Source: an uncultured archaeon (lineage in GTDB: Archaea > Thermoproteota > Bathyarchaeia > Bathyarchaeales > Bathycorpusculaceae). Taken from it: a stretch of 64,000 bases of DNA. The translations under genes were made by a program, and so were the position numbers. The DNA is taken from assembly GCA_963810275.1 (NCBI GenBank), contig CAWENF010000002.1, positions 1 to 64,000 of the forward strand, given 5' to 3'. Shown here in pieces: positions 22,006-32,952 of this stretch; the first letter of the stretch is position 1; every line of letters starts with the position of its first letter. The notes under the pieces are model-generated. The model ran no database searches, was not told the origin of the DNA, and saw only the letters and a list, made by a program, of their open reading frames with translations.

Positions 22006-22069
22006 CCGAGAGCAACCAGTGGGGTATTTACCGTAAACGTTATATTTAAGCCGGTCGGTTTATCCAACC

Positions 22070-23362
22070 ATGCATAGCACTTTGAAGGTAGACCACGTAA
22101 TCAACCTCCGAGTCACGTATAAAACTGCACGCGTGATGCTACTGGAAGCATTCGCCTTCAAAGACAAAACACAGGCGCTTCAAGAACTTAAATCCATGGA
22201 GGGTGTTGAGGAATGCCTGTGTTTGCAGACTTGTAACAGAATTGAAGTTTATATAGTCGCGGAAGAAACAGAAAATATCATCAATGCAGCCAAAGTTTGG
22301 ATGCTTGAAGGAGCAGGCGAACGCGAACATGCAGACGATATAGCCAAAGCGTTGGAGATCAGCGTAGACAACGACGCTTTCAGCCACCTGCTCCAAGTCA
22401 CCTCAGGCATGGAGTCTATGGTGATAGGCGAAGACCAAATCCTAAACCAAGTCTGGGGAGCCTACCTCGAAGCCGACAAACAAAAAACCTTGGGTCCAAT
22501 CCTTAAGCATCTTTTCAACCGAGCCATGACCGTGGGTCGCCGAGTTAGAAAACAGACAGGCATCAACAAAGGGGCAGTCTCCATCGGCTCAGCCGCCGTT
22601 GAACTTGCTGTTACTCTTTTGGGAAACTTGGAGTCAAAAAAAATACTTGTTATGGGCGCAGGTGAAATTGGCACCTTAGTCTCCAAAGCTTTGGCGCATC
22701 GCTGTCTCAGCCCGATTTTTATTGCTAATCGCACCTACGACCGAGCAGTTAAACTTGCAGCAGACCTCAAAGGAGAAGCTGTACGGTGGGACAAATTTGA
22801 TGAAGTCATGATGAATGCTGATGTAATCATCTGTGCGACTTCAGCCCCACATTATTTGTTAACTAAACCTATCGTTATAAGATTAATGGGAGAACGCACT
22901 AACCCTGCCGATATGACCATCATTGACATCTCCAACCCTCGAAACGTAGAAAAACCAGTCTCAGAAGTCGAGGGGGCAAAGCTGTACTGCATTGACGACT
23001 TGCAAATGATTGCGGACCGGAACAAAGCCCAGCGGCAAAAAGCAATCGAAAGTGCACAGAAACTGCTTGACAATGAACTGTTCATTTTGGAAGATGACAT
23101 GAAAAGCTTTAGTGTACGATTAATCGTCTCTGAAATCCTCACACACACCGAAAAGGTCAGACAAAAGGAACTGGAAACAGCCCTATCCATGATGGGCAAC
23201 TTAGATGACCACCAAAAGCGCGTGCTAAACGATTTGACCGCGGTTTTGCTTAAGCAAACCTTTATTCCAGTAGTTAAGAATCTCAGAGCAGCAGCTAAAA
23301 ATGGGGATAAACAAGCCATTGAAACCGCTACCAAGCTATTTGATAAAACGGGGAAAAACTAA
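22070..23362 (+). CDS. hemA: Glutamyl-tRNA reductase
   Basis: LQTCNRIE, SMVIGEDQIL, GAGEIG, DISNPRNV. Confidence 0.96.
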   Translation: MHSTLKVDHVINLRVTYKTARVMLLEAFAFKDKTQALQELKSMEGVEECLCLQTCNRIEVYIVAEETENIINAAKVWMLEGAGEREHADDIAKALEISVDNDAFSHLLQVTSGMESMVIGEDQILNQVWGAYLEADKQKTLGPILKHLFNRAMTVGRRVRKQTGINKGAVSIGSAAVELAVTLLGNLESKKILVMGAGEIGTLVSKALAHRCLSPIFIANRTYDRAVKLAADLKGEAVRWDKFDEVMMNADVIICATSAPHYLLTKPIVIRLMGERTNPADMTIIDISNPRNVEKPVSEVEGAKLYCIDDLQMIADRNKAQRQKAIESAQKLLDNELFILEDDMKSFSVRLIVSEILTHTEKVRQKELETALSMMGNLDDHQKRVLNDLTAVLLKQTFIPVVKNLRAAAKNGDKQAIETATKLFDKTGKN

Positions 23363-23363
23363 A

Positions 23364-24434
23364 TTGACGAATTCAATAGACAATGTCGGTTTAATTTTGA
23401 TTGGACACGGAAGCAAACTACCCCATAATCGAGAAACCCTCGAAAGACTCGGAGACATAATCCGTAGCCGAGGAAAATTCAAAACTGTAGAAATCGCTTT
23501 TATGATACGCGACACACCCACCGTTAATGAAGCCATCGACATAGCTGTGGACAAGGGGGCGGATAGGATTGTTCTGGTTCCAGCCTTCCTCGCCCCCGGC
23601 GTCCATACAAATGAGGACATTCCTGGCTTAATCGGCGTTAAAGAAAAAGAACCGCAACTCAAAGCCAAAGGCATCCATCTTGTTTATGGCGACCCCATAG
23701 GCAGCGACGAACGCATAGCTGATATACTTGAGGAGAAAGCTGAAAAAGCGCTCGGCTTGACAGTTAAAAAAGATGGCGAAATCGTGGATGCTTACAGCGT
23801 CGAAAAAGCTGGCAAAATAGTGGATAAAAGCATGATGCTTATAAGGGAAGCCATCGGCGACCAACTCGTCCAGTTGTCATCGGACAAAATGGCGGTTGTG
23901 GAACGTGTGGTACATACCACGGCCGACCCCGAATTCGCCAAAATAATCGAAATCAGCGACGATGCGGTAGCAGCAGGTGTGGCGGCCATCAAGGCAGGCG
24001 CAAAAGTGGTAACCGACGTGAAAATGGTTAAAGCAGGCATAAACGATGCGCGCCTCAAGAAATTTGGCAGCAAGATAGCTACCTACATGAATGATGAACG
24101 CGCGATGGAGCTTGCAAAGAAAGAGGGATTAACGCGTTCGGCAGCTGCTATGCGATTAGCTATCAAAGACGGCTTAGACGGAGCTATAGTTTTAATCGGA
24201 AACGCCCCAACCGCAGCCTTTGAGTTGGCAGACCAGATTAAAGCGGGAAAAGTCAAACCTGCACTCATAGTTGCAGTACCCGTTGGTTTTGTGGGAGCAG
24301 CAGAATCCAAAGAAGTTGTCGCAAAACTACCGGTTCCATACGTTATCGTGAAAGGACGCAAAGGCGGCAGCACCATCGCAGCAGCAGTTTTTAATGCACT
24401 TTTAACAAAGGCAGAAGGCAAACAATACGGTTAA
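23364..24434 (+). CDS. cbiX/cbiC: CbiX(S) cobaltochelatase - CbiC methylmutase fusion
   Basis: IGHGSK...PAFLAPGVH (CbiX), then RVVHTTAD, TRSAAA, IGNAPTA, PVGFVGAAESK and GRKGGS (CbiC). Confidence 0.92.
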   Translation: MTNSIDNVGLILIGHGSKLPHNRETLERLGDIIRSRGKFKTVEIAFMIRDTPTVNEAIDIAVDKGADRIVLVPAFLAPGVHTNEDIPGLIGVKEKEPQLKAKGIHLVYGDPIGSDERIADILEEKAEKALGLTVKKDGEIVDAYSVEKAGKIVDKSMMLIREAIGDQLVQLSSDKMAVVERVVHTTADPEFAKIIEISDDAVAAGVAAIKAGAKVVTDVKMVKAGINDARLKKFGSKIATYMNDERAMELAKKEGLTRSAAAMRLAIKDGLDGAIVLIGNAPTAAFELADQIKAGKVKPALIVAVPVGFVGAAESKEVVAKLPVPYVIVKGRKGGSTIAAAVFNALLTKAEGKQYG

Positions 24435-24437
24435 CGG

Positions 24438-25547
24438 GTGAATTGTTTGGCGCGGTTTCTGAAGTATGGCATAACCACGGGGGCAACGGCGGCGGCAGCT
24501 GCTAAAGCCGCAACATTAGCAATTATAAAGGAGCCTGTGGACCGCGTCGTTATCCCAACCCCCATCGGATTGCGTTTTGAGATCCCTGTTAAAAACACCA
24601 AAAAACTCGACGCACACTCAGCGTCAGCAGTCACTGTAAAAGACGCAGGACAAGACATAGACGCAACCGACAAAATGGAGATAACTGCCACAGTCAAACT
24701 CACACACGACGGCAAAATCACAATCAGAAGCGGCGCAGGCATAGGCGTCGTCACCAAAGCAGGCTTGCAGGTTCCCATAGGCGAAGGCGCAATCAACCCC
24801 ACGCCCAAAGCCATGATAACTGAAGCCGTCAAAGAAGCACTCCCCGAAGGTATGGGTGCAGACATCCTGATTGAAGCACCCGAAGGAGCAAAAATCACCA
24901 AAAAAACCACCAACGACAAACTGGGCATCAAAGGCGGAATCTCGATCCTCGGAACTACTGGAGTGGTGAAGCCCTACTCGTCCGAGGCATGCAGACGCTC
25001 AATGCTGCCACAAATTGATGTTGCACTTGCTGGAGGTTACAAACGCATACTTGTGGTGCCCGGCAACATCGGCGAACGCATCGCTAAGGTGAAATTCGGC
25101 GTGCCCGAAGATGCGATCGTGCAGACAGGTGACTTCGTGGGTTACATGCTGGATAAAGCCGTCGAGAAAGGCGTCAAAGAAATCATCGTTCTGGGTCACT
25201 CTGGAAAAATCGTCAAGTTAGCTGCCAGACTGTTTAACACTCACCATAAAGTCGGCGACGCACGAAACGAAGTCATCGCAGCCTACGCAGGTGGAGCAGG
25301 AGCCGACCAGCAAACCATAAAAGCGCTGCTAGAAGCAAACACCACTGATGAAGCAACCGAAATTCTACGTCAAGTTAACCTTGTTGAGGCAACCTACGAC
25401 TTAATCGCGGAGCGGGTGCACAATCAGGTTAGTGATAGGGTGGGAAATAAGATAACGATAAGCGTTATAATTGTTGCTATGGACGGAAGAGTCCTTGGGA
25501 TGGATAAAAACACACGGTGTAATAAGCCTTGGCAAAACTTGAAATAG
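24438..25547 (+). CDS. cbiD: Cobalt-precorrin-5B C1-methyltransferase
   Basis: GITTGATAAAAA, KDAG, AINP, LGIKGGISILGTTG. Confidence 0.95.
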   Translation: MNCLARFLKYGITTGATAAAAAKAATLAIIKEPVDRVVIPTPIGLRFEIPVKNTKKLDAHSASAVTVKDAGQDIDATDKMEITATVKLTHDGKITIRSGAGIGVVTKAGLQVPIGEGAINPTPKAMITEAVKEALPEGMGADILIEAPEGAKITKKTTNDKLGIKGGISILGTTGVVKPYSSEACRRSMLPQIDVALAGGYKRILVVPGNIGERIAKVKFGVPEDAIVQTGDFVGYMLDKAVEKGVKEIIVLGHSGKIVKLAARLFNTHHKVGDARNEVIAAYAGGAGADQQTIKALLEANTTDEATEILRQVNLVEATYDLIAERVHNQVSDRVGNKITISVIIVAMDGRVLGMDKNTRCNKPWQNLK

Positions 25548-26182
25548 TCGGCGTCGGGCCAGGTTCACCGGATTACGTTACCTTAGCTGCGAAAAAGGCT
25601 GTTGAGAAAGCAGATTTAGTTGTTGGCGCTCAGAGAAGTCTCGAACTTTTCGACGAAATCAAAGCTGAACAAGTGGTTTTAACCTCTAGAAACCTCAAAG
25701 ACACACTGCAAAAAGCAGCAGACTCGGCTAAAGCTGGAAAAAATGTGGTTTTTCTCTCTACAGGAGACCCAGGCTTTTCAGGTTTACTTCATACGGTACT
25801 GGAAAGCGAATTATTCACCCCAGAAGACGTCAACGTAGTTCCTGGTATCAGTTCTATCCAAGCCGCAGCCGCCTGCTTAGCTATAAGTTGGGGCGGCGCA
25901 CGTCTGTTCACGTTCCACGACGGCAACGTATCCGACGAGGAAAAAGGCAAACTAATATCTGCATACCAATGCGGACAAACCATTCTGCTTCTGCCAGGGT
26001 CCAAAGGCTTTGTCCCAAAAGACGTCGCAGCCCTGCTTTTGGAGACAGGTGCAAACCCGGAAACAGAAGTATACATCTGCGAAAACTTAACCTTAGAAGA
26101 TGAGAAAATCACTCAAACTACCCTTGCGGGTGCAGCGCCCCAGATTTTTGGGCCGCTATGTGTCATGGTTATCAAGCAGTAG
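25529..26182 (+). CDS. cbiE: Cobalt-precorrin-7 C5-methyltransferase
   Basis: VGVGPG, STGDPGFSG, PGISS, ENLTLEDE. Confidence 0.9.
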   Translation: MAKLEIVGVGPGSPDYVTLAAKKAVEKADLVVGAQRSLELFDEIKAEQVVLTSRNLKDTLQKAADSAKAGKNVVFLSTGDPGFSGLLHTVLESELFTPEDVNVVPGISSIQAAAACLAISWGGARLFTFHDGNVSDEEKGKLISAYQCGQTILLLPGSKGFVPKDVAALLLETGANPETEVYICENLTLEDEKITQTTLAGAAPQIFGPLCVMVIKQ

Positions 26183-26212
26183 CTTAGTTAACAGAAAAGA
26201 TGAGAAAATACA

Positions 26213-26819
26213 ATGGCGAAAATGTGGGCTTTCAAAACCCCGGGCATTCCAGACGACAGCTTCAATCAGAGCGACAAAGTTCCCGGACCAACCAAAGAAG
26301 AAACTCGAGCAGTAACAATATCCAAAGCGCGACTCATAGAGGGACAAGTGGTTATTGACGTTGGCTGCGGTACAGGTGGCTTAACCGTTGAAGCAGCCCT
26401 GCAAGTGGGCAGCAAGGGCAGAGTATTTGCTTTTGACGAAGATGAAGAGGCAGTTGCATTAACGAAGAGTAATGTGCAGAAATTCGGCGTGGAAAGCATT
26501 GTATCCATTTCAAGAGGCAGAGCTCCCGAAGCACTCATAGCTTTGCCCAATGCTGACGCCATTTTTATAGGGGGAGGGGGCGCCACACTCAGAACAATCA
26601 TCCAGACGGCGCATTACAAGCTCAGGCCTATGGGCAGAATTGTCGTAAACGCTATACTTCTGGAGACTGCAACCACTGCAATCGCTGAGTTGAAGGCATT
26701 AGGCTACCAGAGACATCGACATAGCACAAGTTTCTGTGTCTAAAGGAAAACAAATTAACAGTGGGACTATGATGTTGGCGAGAAATCCAATAACAATAGT
26801 TTCAGCTACTAAACATTAG
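26213..26819 (+). CDS. cbiT: Cobalt-precorrin-6B C15-methyltransferase (frameshift ~26705)
   Basis: TPGIPD, GPTKEE, DVGCGTGG, FIGGG, VNAILLET; the C-terminal 'ARNPITIVSA' is in a shifted frame. Confidence 0.92.
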
Positions 26820-26829
26820 GCGAAGACTT

Positions 26830-27591
26830 ATGGTTGGCGTATTCATCGGCATCGGTGTAGGTCCAGGCGACCCCGAACTCATCACGTTAAAGGCGGCAAA
26901 AGCCCTCAAAGCAGCAGACACCATCTGCGTGCCCAAACCTCACGTTAAAAAACCCAGTATGGCACTGAGCATGATTAAACCCATCTTAGCAGAAAGAGAA
27001 AAACAGCCTGAAATTCTCGAGATGGTTTTCCCAATGACCAGAGACGACCTTAACTGCCGCAAACTCTGGGCGGAAAACGCATCAATAGTTGCCGACAAAG
27101 CCCGCAAAGGCAATGTAGTTTTCATCACACTGGGAGACCCCATGCTCTACAGCACCTTCCTATACCTCTATGAATACGTGAAAGAAACCTACCCAGAAAT
27201 CGAGCTGGAAATTATCCCAGGAGTCACTTCAGTCACGGCGGTCGCAGCCAGCAGCAAACTCCCACTGGCAGAAAAAGACGAAGTCGTAACAATCATCCCA
27301 GCAGACTTAAACCCTACCCACCTCGAAGACGCAGCTAAACACGCCGAAAACCTCGTTTTCATGAAATGTGCTTTTCACATCAAAGAGTTCATCCCGATTC
27401 TACTCAAATCAGGATTTACCCAAAACTCCACCATCGCCCTAGTCAAACGCTGCACTCTGCCCGAAGAAAAAGTTATGGTGGGCAAACTGGGCGACGTAGA
27501 GAAATGGGACGTTAATGAGGACTATTTCTCGGTTGCTATCGTGAAGAAGAGTCAGGTTCCTATTCACTGGAAACAAAACGGAAATCACTAA
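26830..27591 (+). CDS. cbiL: Cobalt-factor II / precorrin-2 C20-methyltransferase
   Basis: [30 protein letters not shown]. Confidence 0.93.
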   Translation: MVGVFIGIGVGPGDPELITLKAAKALKAADTICVPKPHVKKPSMALSMIKPILAEREKQPEILEMVFPMTRDDLNCRKLWAENASIVADKARKGNVVFITLGDPMLYSTFLYLYEYVKETYPEIELEIIPGVTSVTAVAASSKLPLAEKDEVVTIIPADLNPTHLEDAAKHAENLVFMKCAFHIKEFIPILLKSGFTQNSTIALVKRCTLPEEKVMVGKLGDVEKWDVNEDYFSVAIVKKSQVPIHWKQNGNH

Positions 27592-27614
27592 AACAAAAGG
27601 ATGCGATTGCAAGA

Positions 27615-28380
27615 TTGAATAAAGTTGTATTTATAGGCGCAGGCCCAGGCGACCCTGAACTAATTACCCTCAAAGGCAAACGCTGGCTAGAGCAAGCCGA
27701 CGTAGTCATCTATCGCAGGCAGCCTGCTAAATCCCGAATACCTCAAATACTGCAAGCCAGGCGTCGAGCTATATGACAGCGCCAAGATGGGCTTGCCCGA
27801 AATGCTCAAAGTTATGATTGCAGGCGTCAAAGCTGACAAACTCGTGGTCCGACTTCATGACGGTGACCCAAGCTTCTATGGGGCAATACAAGAAGTCATG
27901 ACCGCACTCGACAAAGAAGGCATAGATTACTTCCGCATTCCAGGCATCAGTTGTCTTCTTGGTGGCGCAGCAGCACTCAACCGTGAACTTACATTGCCAA
28001 ACGTTTCTCAGACGGTTATCATCACCCGACCCGAAGGACGCACGCCTGTCCCCGAAGCGGAAAGCCTCAGAAAACTCGCAGTCCACCAATCCACCATGGT
28101 CATCTTCCTTGGGACACCACACATTGCACGAGTGATTGATGAATTACAAAAGGGCGGGTACCCAGAAGATACACCCTGCCAAGTCGTTTACAAAGCCACT
28201 TGGCCAGAGCAGAAAATCGTAAAAGGCACCCTAGCCGACATCGTGGGCAAAGTCAAAGCAGAAGGCATAACTGAAACCGCTTTGATTTTTGTGGGAAAAG
28301 TTTTAGATCCCAAAACTTACGAATACTCTAAGCTCTACGACCCCAAATTCACCACAGGTTTCCGTAAAGGCGAAGAATAG
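27615..28380 (+). CDS. cbiF: Cobalt-precorrin-4 C11-methyltransferase (frameshift ~27714)
   Basis: [47 protein letters not shown]. Confidence 0.93.
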
Positions 28381-28381
28381 A

Positions 28382-29464
28382 ATGTTTGAACGAGGCATAG
28401 CCATTGTGGCGATTACCCACCAAGGCGTCGAAACCGCACTAAAAATACAGCGGGGACTCGACATCTCAGGGTACTCATGCACGGTTTATGCCCCCAAAAA
28501 ATTCAGCCAAAACGGCGTCGTATCCTTTGACACGAAGCTGGCGGACTTCATATCAGGTATCTACAGTAAGGCAGATGGAATAGTTGCGGTTATGGCGTCA
28601 GGGGTCATCATCCGTAGCGTTGCGCCACTTCTGGAGAGCAAACTCACAGATCCTGCCGTCGTCGGCGTTGACGCCATGGGGAAATTTGCCGTAAGCCTTC
28701 TCTCGGGGCACTTAGGCGGCGCAAACGATTTAGCTAACACAGTCGCTAAAATCATTAACGCAATCCCAGTCGTAACAACCGCCACCGAAGTTATGGGCAA
28801 ACAAAGCGTGGAAGAACTATCCAAAAACTTGCATTTAGTCATAGAGAATTCTGACAGTCTCGTAGCTGTTAACTCAGCGATAGTAAACGGAGACCGAGTT
28901 GTGCTTGTGGTTGTTGGAGACGCAAAAATCCCACCCAACGCCATAGGAGCTTTTGAGGTACGAACTGTAAAGGGCGGCGCCGAAGCACTCGAAGTAATCG
29001 ACAGATACGATGCAGGCATAGTTATCACTCACGAACCGCTCTCAGTAACCAACTTCACCAAGCCATTCACCATCCTTAAAACAAGACATGTTGTGGTGGG
29101 GTTAGGGGCAACCAAAGAAGCGCCCGCAGATAACATAATCACAGCAGTAGATGCTGCCTTGGAGAAGGTACATGTACCGCTTTCTCGGGTTTACCGCTTT
29201 GCAACGGTGGATATCAAGCGTGATTCTCAGCCTATGCTGGAAGCTGTTGAAAAGTTAGGGGCGCCGCTTGAGTTTTTAAGTGTCGAAGCGCTTCGTAGTG
29301 TAAATTACGAGGATTTGTCGCCTGATTCAGCGATGGTTCAAGAAAAAATAGGTATTGGAGGAGTATGTGAACGAGCAGCATTACTTGTAGCGGGAAAAGA
29401 CTCAAAGTTGATACTGAAAAAGATGAAACTAAACGGAGTCACGGTAGCAGTAGCCGAGGGCTAA
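28382..29464 (+). CDS. cbiG: Cobalt-precorrin-5A hydrolase
   Basis: MASGVIIR, DPAVV, LLSGHLGGAN, VTTAT, GVCERAAL, VTVAVA. Confidence 0.93.
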   Translation: MFERGIAIVAITHQGVETALKIQRGLDISGYSCTVYAPKKFSQNGVVSFDTKLADFISGIYSKADGIVAVMASGVIIRSVAPLLESKLTDPAVVGVDAMGKFAVSLLSGHLGGANDLANTVAKIINAIPVVTTATEVMGKQSVEELSKNLHLVIENSDSLVAVNSAIVNGDRVVLVVVGDAKIPPNAIGAFEVRTVKGGAEALEVIDRYDAGIVITHEPLSVTNFTKPFTILKTRHVVVGLGATKEAPADNIITAVDAALEKVHVPLSRVYRFATVDIKRDSQPMLEAVEKLGAPLEFLSVEALRSVNYEDLSPDSAMVQEKIGIGGVCERAALLVAGKDSKLILKKMKLNGVTVAVAEG

Positions 29465-30195
29465 TAAGCGTAGTTGGCATTGGACCTGGCTGCCCAGAGC
29501 ACCTTACACCTAAAGCGAAAGTACTAATCGAAGCCGCCGACGTAGTAGTGGGGTATGGCACCTACATCAAACTAATCAAAGACATAATCAGAAAAGACGC
29601 CGAGGTTACCTCAGGCACCATGGGCAAAGAGGTTGAACGTGCAGAAATCTCCGTAACAAAAGCTAAGGAAGGAAAAGCAGTGGTTATGGTTTCTAGTGGC
29701 GACCCAGGAGTCTACGGTATGGCAGGCATCGTTTTGGAAGTCGCCGAAAGAGACAATGCGGACGTGCCTGTGGAAATAGTGCCGGGCGTAACCGCAGCAA
29801 CCGCAGCTTCAGCCATCCTGGGAGCACCGCTAGTGAGCGACTTTGCAGTCATTAGCCTAAGCGACTTGCTAACGCCTTGGGAGAAAATAGAGCAACGCCT
29901 CGAACTGGTCACGCAGTGTGACATGTCGATTGTGTTCTATAACCCTCAGAGTCAGGGCCGTATTGAGCCGTTGATGAAGGCTTATGAAATCATGATGAAG
30001 CACCTGAACCCTAAAACCTTAGTGGGCATCGTGCGCCAAGCAGGCAGGGAAGGACAAACCTACACCATCACGACACTCAAAGATATGCTCAACTGCGAAA
30101 TCGATATGGTGACCACAATAGTTGTGGGTAACTCTGCGACGAAAATGGTGGGCGACAAGATGGTGACTGCTAGAGGCTACGACCTCTCAGCTTAA
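29461..30195 (+). CDS. cbiH: Cobalt-factor III C17-methyltransferase (no canonical start; probably fused to cbiG)
   Basis: ISVVGIGPG, SSGDPGVYGMA, DFAVISLSDLLTPW, YNP, IDM.T.IVVGN, TARGY. Confidence 0.92.
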   Translation, partial: LISVVGIGPGCPEHLTPKAKVLIEAADVVVGYGTYIKLIKDIIRKDAEVTSGTMGKEVERAEISVTKAKEGKAVVMVSSGDPGVYGMAGIVLEVAERDNADVPVEIVPGVTAATAASAILGAPLVSDFAVISLSDLLTPWEKIEQRLELVTQCDMSIVFYNPQSQGRIEPLMKAYEIMMKHLNPKTLVGIVRQAGREGQTYTITTLKDMLNCEIDMVTTIVVGNSATKMVGDKMVTARGYDLSA

Positions 30196-30227
30196 CCTTC
30201 CTTTTTAGCAGCATCAGCACATTTTGT

Positions 30228-31073
30228 TTACGGTTGCCTGTTTAAGAGTCTCAGGATTTCTTTTCTGGCTTCACTAATGGTCAGCGGCAGCTGGTCTGAG
30301 ATGGGCAGTTTGTCCTCAGTTTTAAGTACCTCGAAAAGGTGGGTTAAGCGGGGTGATCGGAGGTTTACGCTTCGGATTAACTCAGCGTTTGAGAAACTCT
30401 CCTTTGGGGTACCCTCAGAGACAAGTTTACCTTTATCAAGCACATACATTTTACTGGCGAAGAGTGGCACCAAATCCACATCATGCGTAGCCAAAAGCAG
30501 CGTTATCCCTTTTTCACGATTAAGTTGTAGCAGCAAATGCAAGATTTCGCTTGTAGCACGAGGGTCAAGGCTTGATGTGGGCTCGTCCATGATGATGACT
30601 TCAGGCTGCATAGCAAGTACACCCGCCAATGCCACCCGTTTCTTTTGGCCACCGCTTAGGAAGTGGGGTGGTTTATCGGTATATTCGGTCATCCCAACGG
30701 TTGTGAGTGCTTCATCAACTAGCTCCTTAACATGCTCGGGGGTATAGCCTAAGTTTAGGGGTCCGAATGCCACGTCTTGTTTGACTGTGGGGGCGAAGAG
30801 TTGGTCGTTTGGGTCTTGGAAGACAAAACCAACGCGTTTGCGGATGTCTAAGAGGAATTTGTCATTATATTGAAGAGGTTTCTCATCGAATAAGATTCTG
30901 CCGTGAGTAGGTTTTAGAAGTCCGTTTAGGTGATTTAGCAGAGTGGTTTTTCCTGAGCCATTTGTGCCCAGCAACGCAATACGTTCAGCTCGGTCAAAGC
31001 TTACTGATACATCGTCAAGGGCCAGTGTACCATCGGAGTATTCATGAACCAAATTTTCTATTCTAAACAACAT
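30228..31073 (-). CDS. cbiO: Cobalt ECF transporter ATPase
   Basis: GTNGSGKTT, FQDPNDQLFAPTV, LSGGQKKR, MDEPT. Confidence 0.93.
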   Translation of the reverse strand: MLFRIENLVHEYSDGTLALDDVSVSFDRAERIALLGTNGSGKTTLLNHLNGLLKPTHGRILFDEKPLQYNDKFLLDIRKRVGFVFQDPNDQLFAPTVKQDVAFGPLNLGYTPEHVKELVDEALTTVGMTEYTDKPPHFLSGGQKKRVALAGVLAMQPEVIIMDEPTSSLDPRATSEILHLLLQLNREKGITLLLATHDVDLVPLFASKMYVLDKGKLVSEGTPKESFSNAELIRSVNLRSPRLTHLFEVLKTEDKLPISDQLPLTISEARKEILRLLNRQP

Positions 31074-31074
31074 T

Positions 31075-32870
31075 TTACCAGAAACTCCAAATTTGAATTA
31101 TGTTTAGCGCTATTGTAGCAAGCATAAAATCGAGTACGATTATGCCTGCGATTGTTACCCAATTAGGTTTGGGTTGGTCTTCAAGAACACGGATGTTGCC
31201 ATCGTAACCCCGTGCATTCATGGCTGTGAAAGTGCGTTCCCCCTGTTCCAGCGTTCGGACAAAGAGGTTTGCTACAAGTAGAGAGGTTTGGCGGATGCGT
31301 TTTAGGTAGCCTGTTTGTCCCAGCCGTAACTTTTGTGCGGTGGTCATTTTGGCAGCGACTTCCATGAACACGAATATGTAGCGGTAGATAAGCAAGCTGA
31401 TTTCTATTAGGACTTTAGGCACATGAATTTTTCTTAGGCTGATGAAGAGATCATTCATAGTTGTGGTTAACACTAAGAAAAACAGTGCTGAGACTGCGCC
31501 TAGCACTCTGAAGAATGTGGCTAAGGAGATGGTTATGCCATTCGTGTAGATTGTCCATGTGAACCATGGGAACGGAACTTCAACGAGTGGAGCCGAGTTA
31601 CCGAAAAATAGTGCAATAAATAGGCAGCTTATAGCGGCAAACGCAATGGGGTAGATGAATAGGTCAAAGTAGAAGCGTATTGGAATCTGCGCAACTGCCA
31701 AAATTAAGATTAAGGATATAACAAAGACTGTTATCGGCACCACAGGGTTAGGTGAGAGGACGCTGAGCAACAGCAAGGATGAGGCCAAAAAGATTTTGGT
31801 GGCTGGACTGGTTTTTGCCAAGTTGATTGATGTAGGCGTAGCGGTCGATTTGGGCTGAGAGGTTTGCATGGCTTTCGTTGTGGATGTGGTGGTGCTTATG
31901 TCCACGGTGGGCGTTGGGTTGGTGTGCAATTTTACGTCTTGTTTTTACGACTATATATGCTATTATGGAGGCTCCTATAAGGGCTTGTACTCCGAAAAGT
32001 ATCTGTATAGCCTCTTCGGGAAGTTCCAGAACGGGAGTGAACCATGGCGTGTAGCCTTGGCGGGTTATTATGTTTGCTGCTGCGTCGTCAGTTCCCGCCA
32101 TGTTTGTGGAAACAAAGACGAGGGGCAAAATAAACAGCGCTAGCAGTATGGTAATTAGGATTACGTAGTGCTGTTTTTTGAGATGGAACTCTTTTTCGCT
32201 AAGCCCAGTGATCGGGGAACGCAGCACTTTAAGTGAGGTGAGGATTTGGCCTTTATATCTGGTTAAGAATTCAAAGATGAATATGGCCAAGATTCCTTCG
32301 CCTATGGCAAGCGGGATTTGGGTGACGGCGAATATACCGACGAATGTTAGGAAAGATTCTGCGAACCCTACGCCGGGGAAAGCCAACGCTAGCTGGAAGG
32401 AGGTTGTGACGTAGGTGAAGAGGTCGCTTAGGGCTACTGCGAGAAATACTGCTGCTTGAGTGGGGGCCCGCATTTTTTTGCATATAATCCAAATTACCCA
32501 TGCGATAATTGGACCCATGATGCCCATTGAAAAGACGTTTGCTCCCAAAGTTGTGAATCCGCCGTGGGCAAGTAACGAGGCTTGGAAGGTTAGTGCTATC
32601 ATGGAGAGTACTGAGGCTACTGCGGGTCCGAAAACGATAGAGGCTAGACCTGAGCCTGTGGGGTGGCTGCTGCTACCAAAAACTGAAGGAAGTTTTAAGG
32701 GCTGAGACAACAAAAATGAATGCGCCCATTAGTGCGAGGAGGGGTTTGGCTTCGGGGTTGTTTTTTGCGATTTTTGCCATGCGATAGATTCCGTAGGCGA
32801 TTATGGGTATTGTTATTGCCCACCAGAATTCCCACCATGGATGGGGAAGGAAGCCTTCCATTATGTGCGT
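31075..32870 (-). CDS. cbiMNQ: Cobalt ECF transporter CbiM-CbiN-CbiQ region, apparently one fused gene with two frameshifts (~32700, ~31820)
   Basis: HIMEGFLP, LKLPS..GSSSHPTG and AHGG.TTLGAN (CbiM); GTDDAA..I...GYTPWF (CbiN); IDRYAY, YRYIF and AMNARGYDG (CbiQ). Confidence 0.85.
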
Positions 32871-32922
32871 TTGTGTATCCTCTTTGCCGTGGGTTTACTA
32901 ACCGAAACCTTATAAATTTATG

Positions 32923-32938
32923 TTTAACTATGGTTAAA
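32923..32938. promoter_or_regulatory. Palindromic operator candidate TTTAAC-N4-GTTAAA
   Basis: Perfect 6-bp arms next to the TTATAAAT box between divergent cbiM and the regulator gene. Confidence 0.5.
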
Positions 32939-32952
32939 GTAAGGTTGATTAA

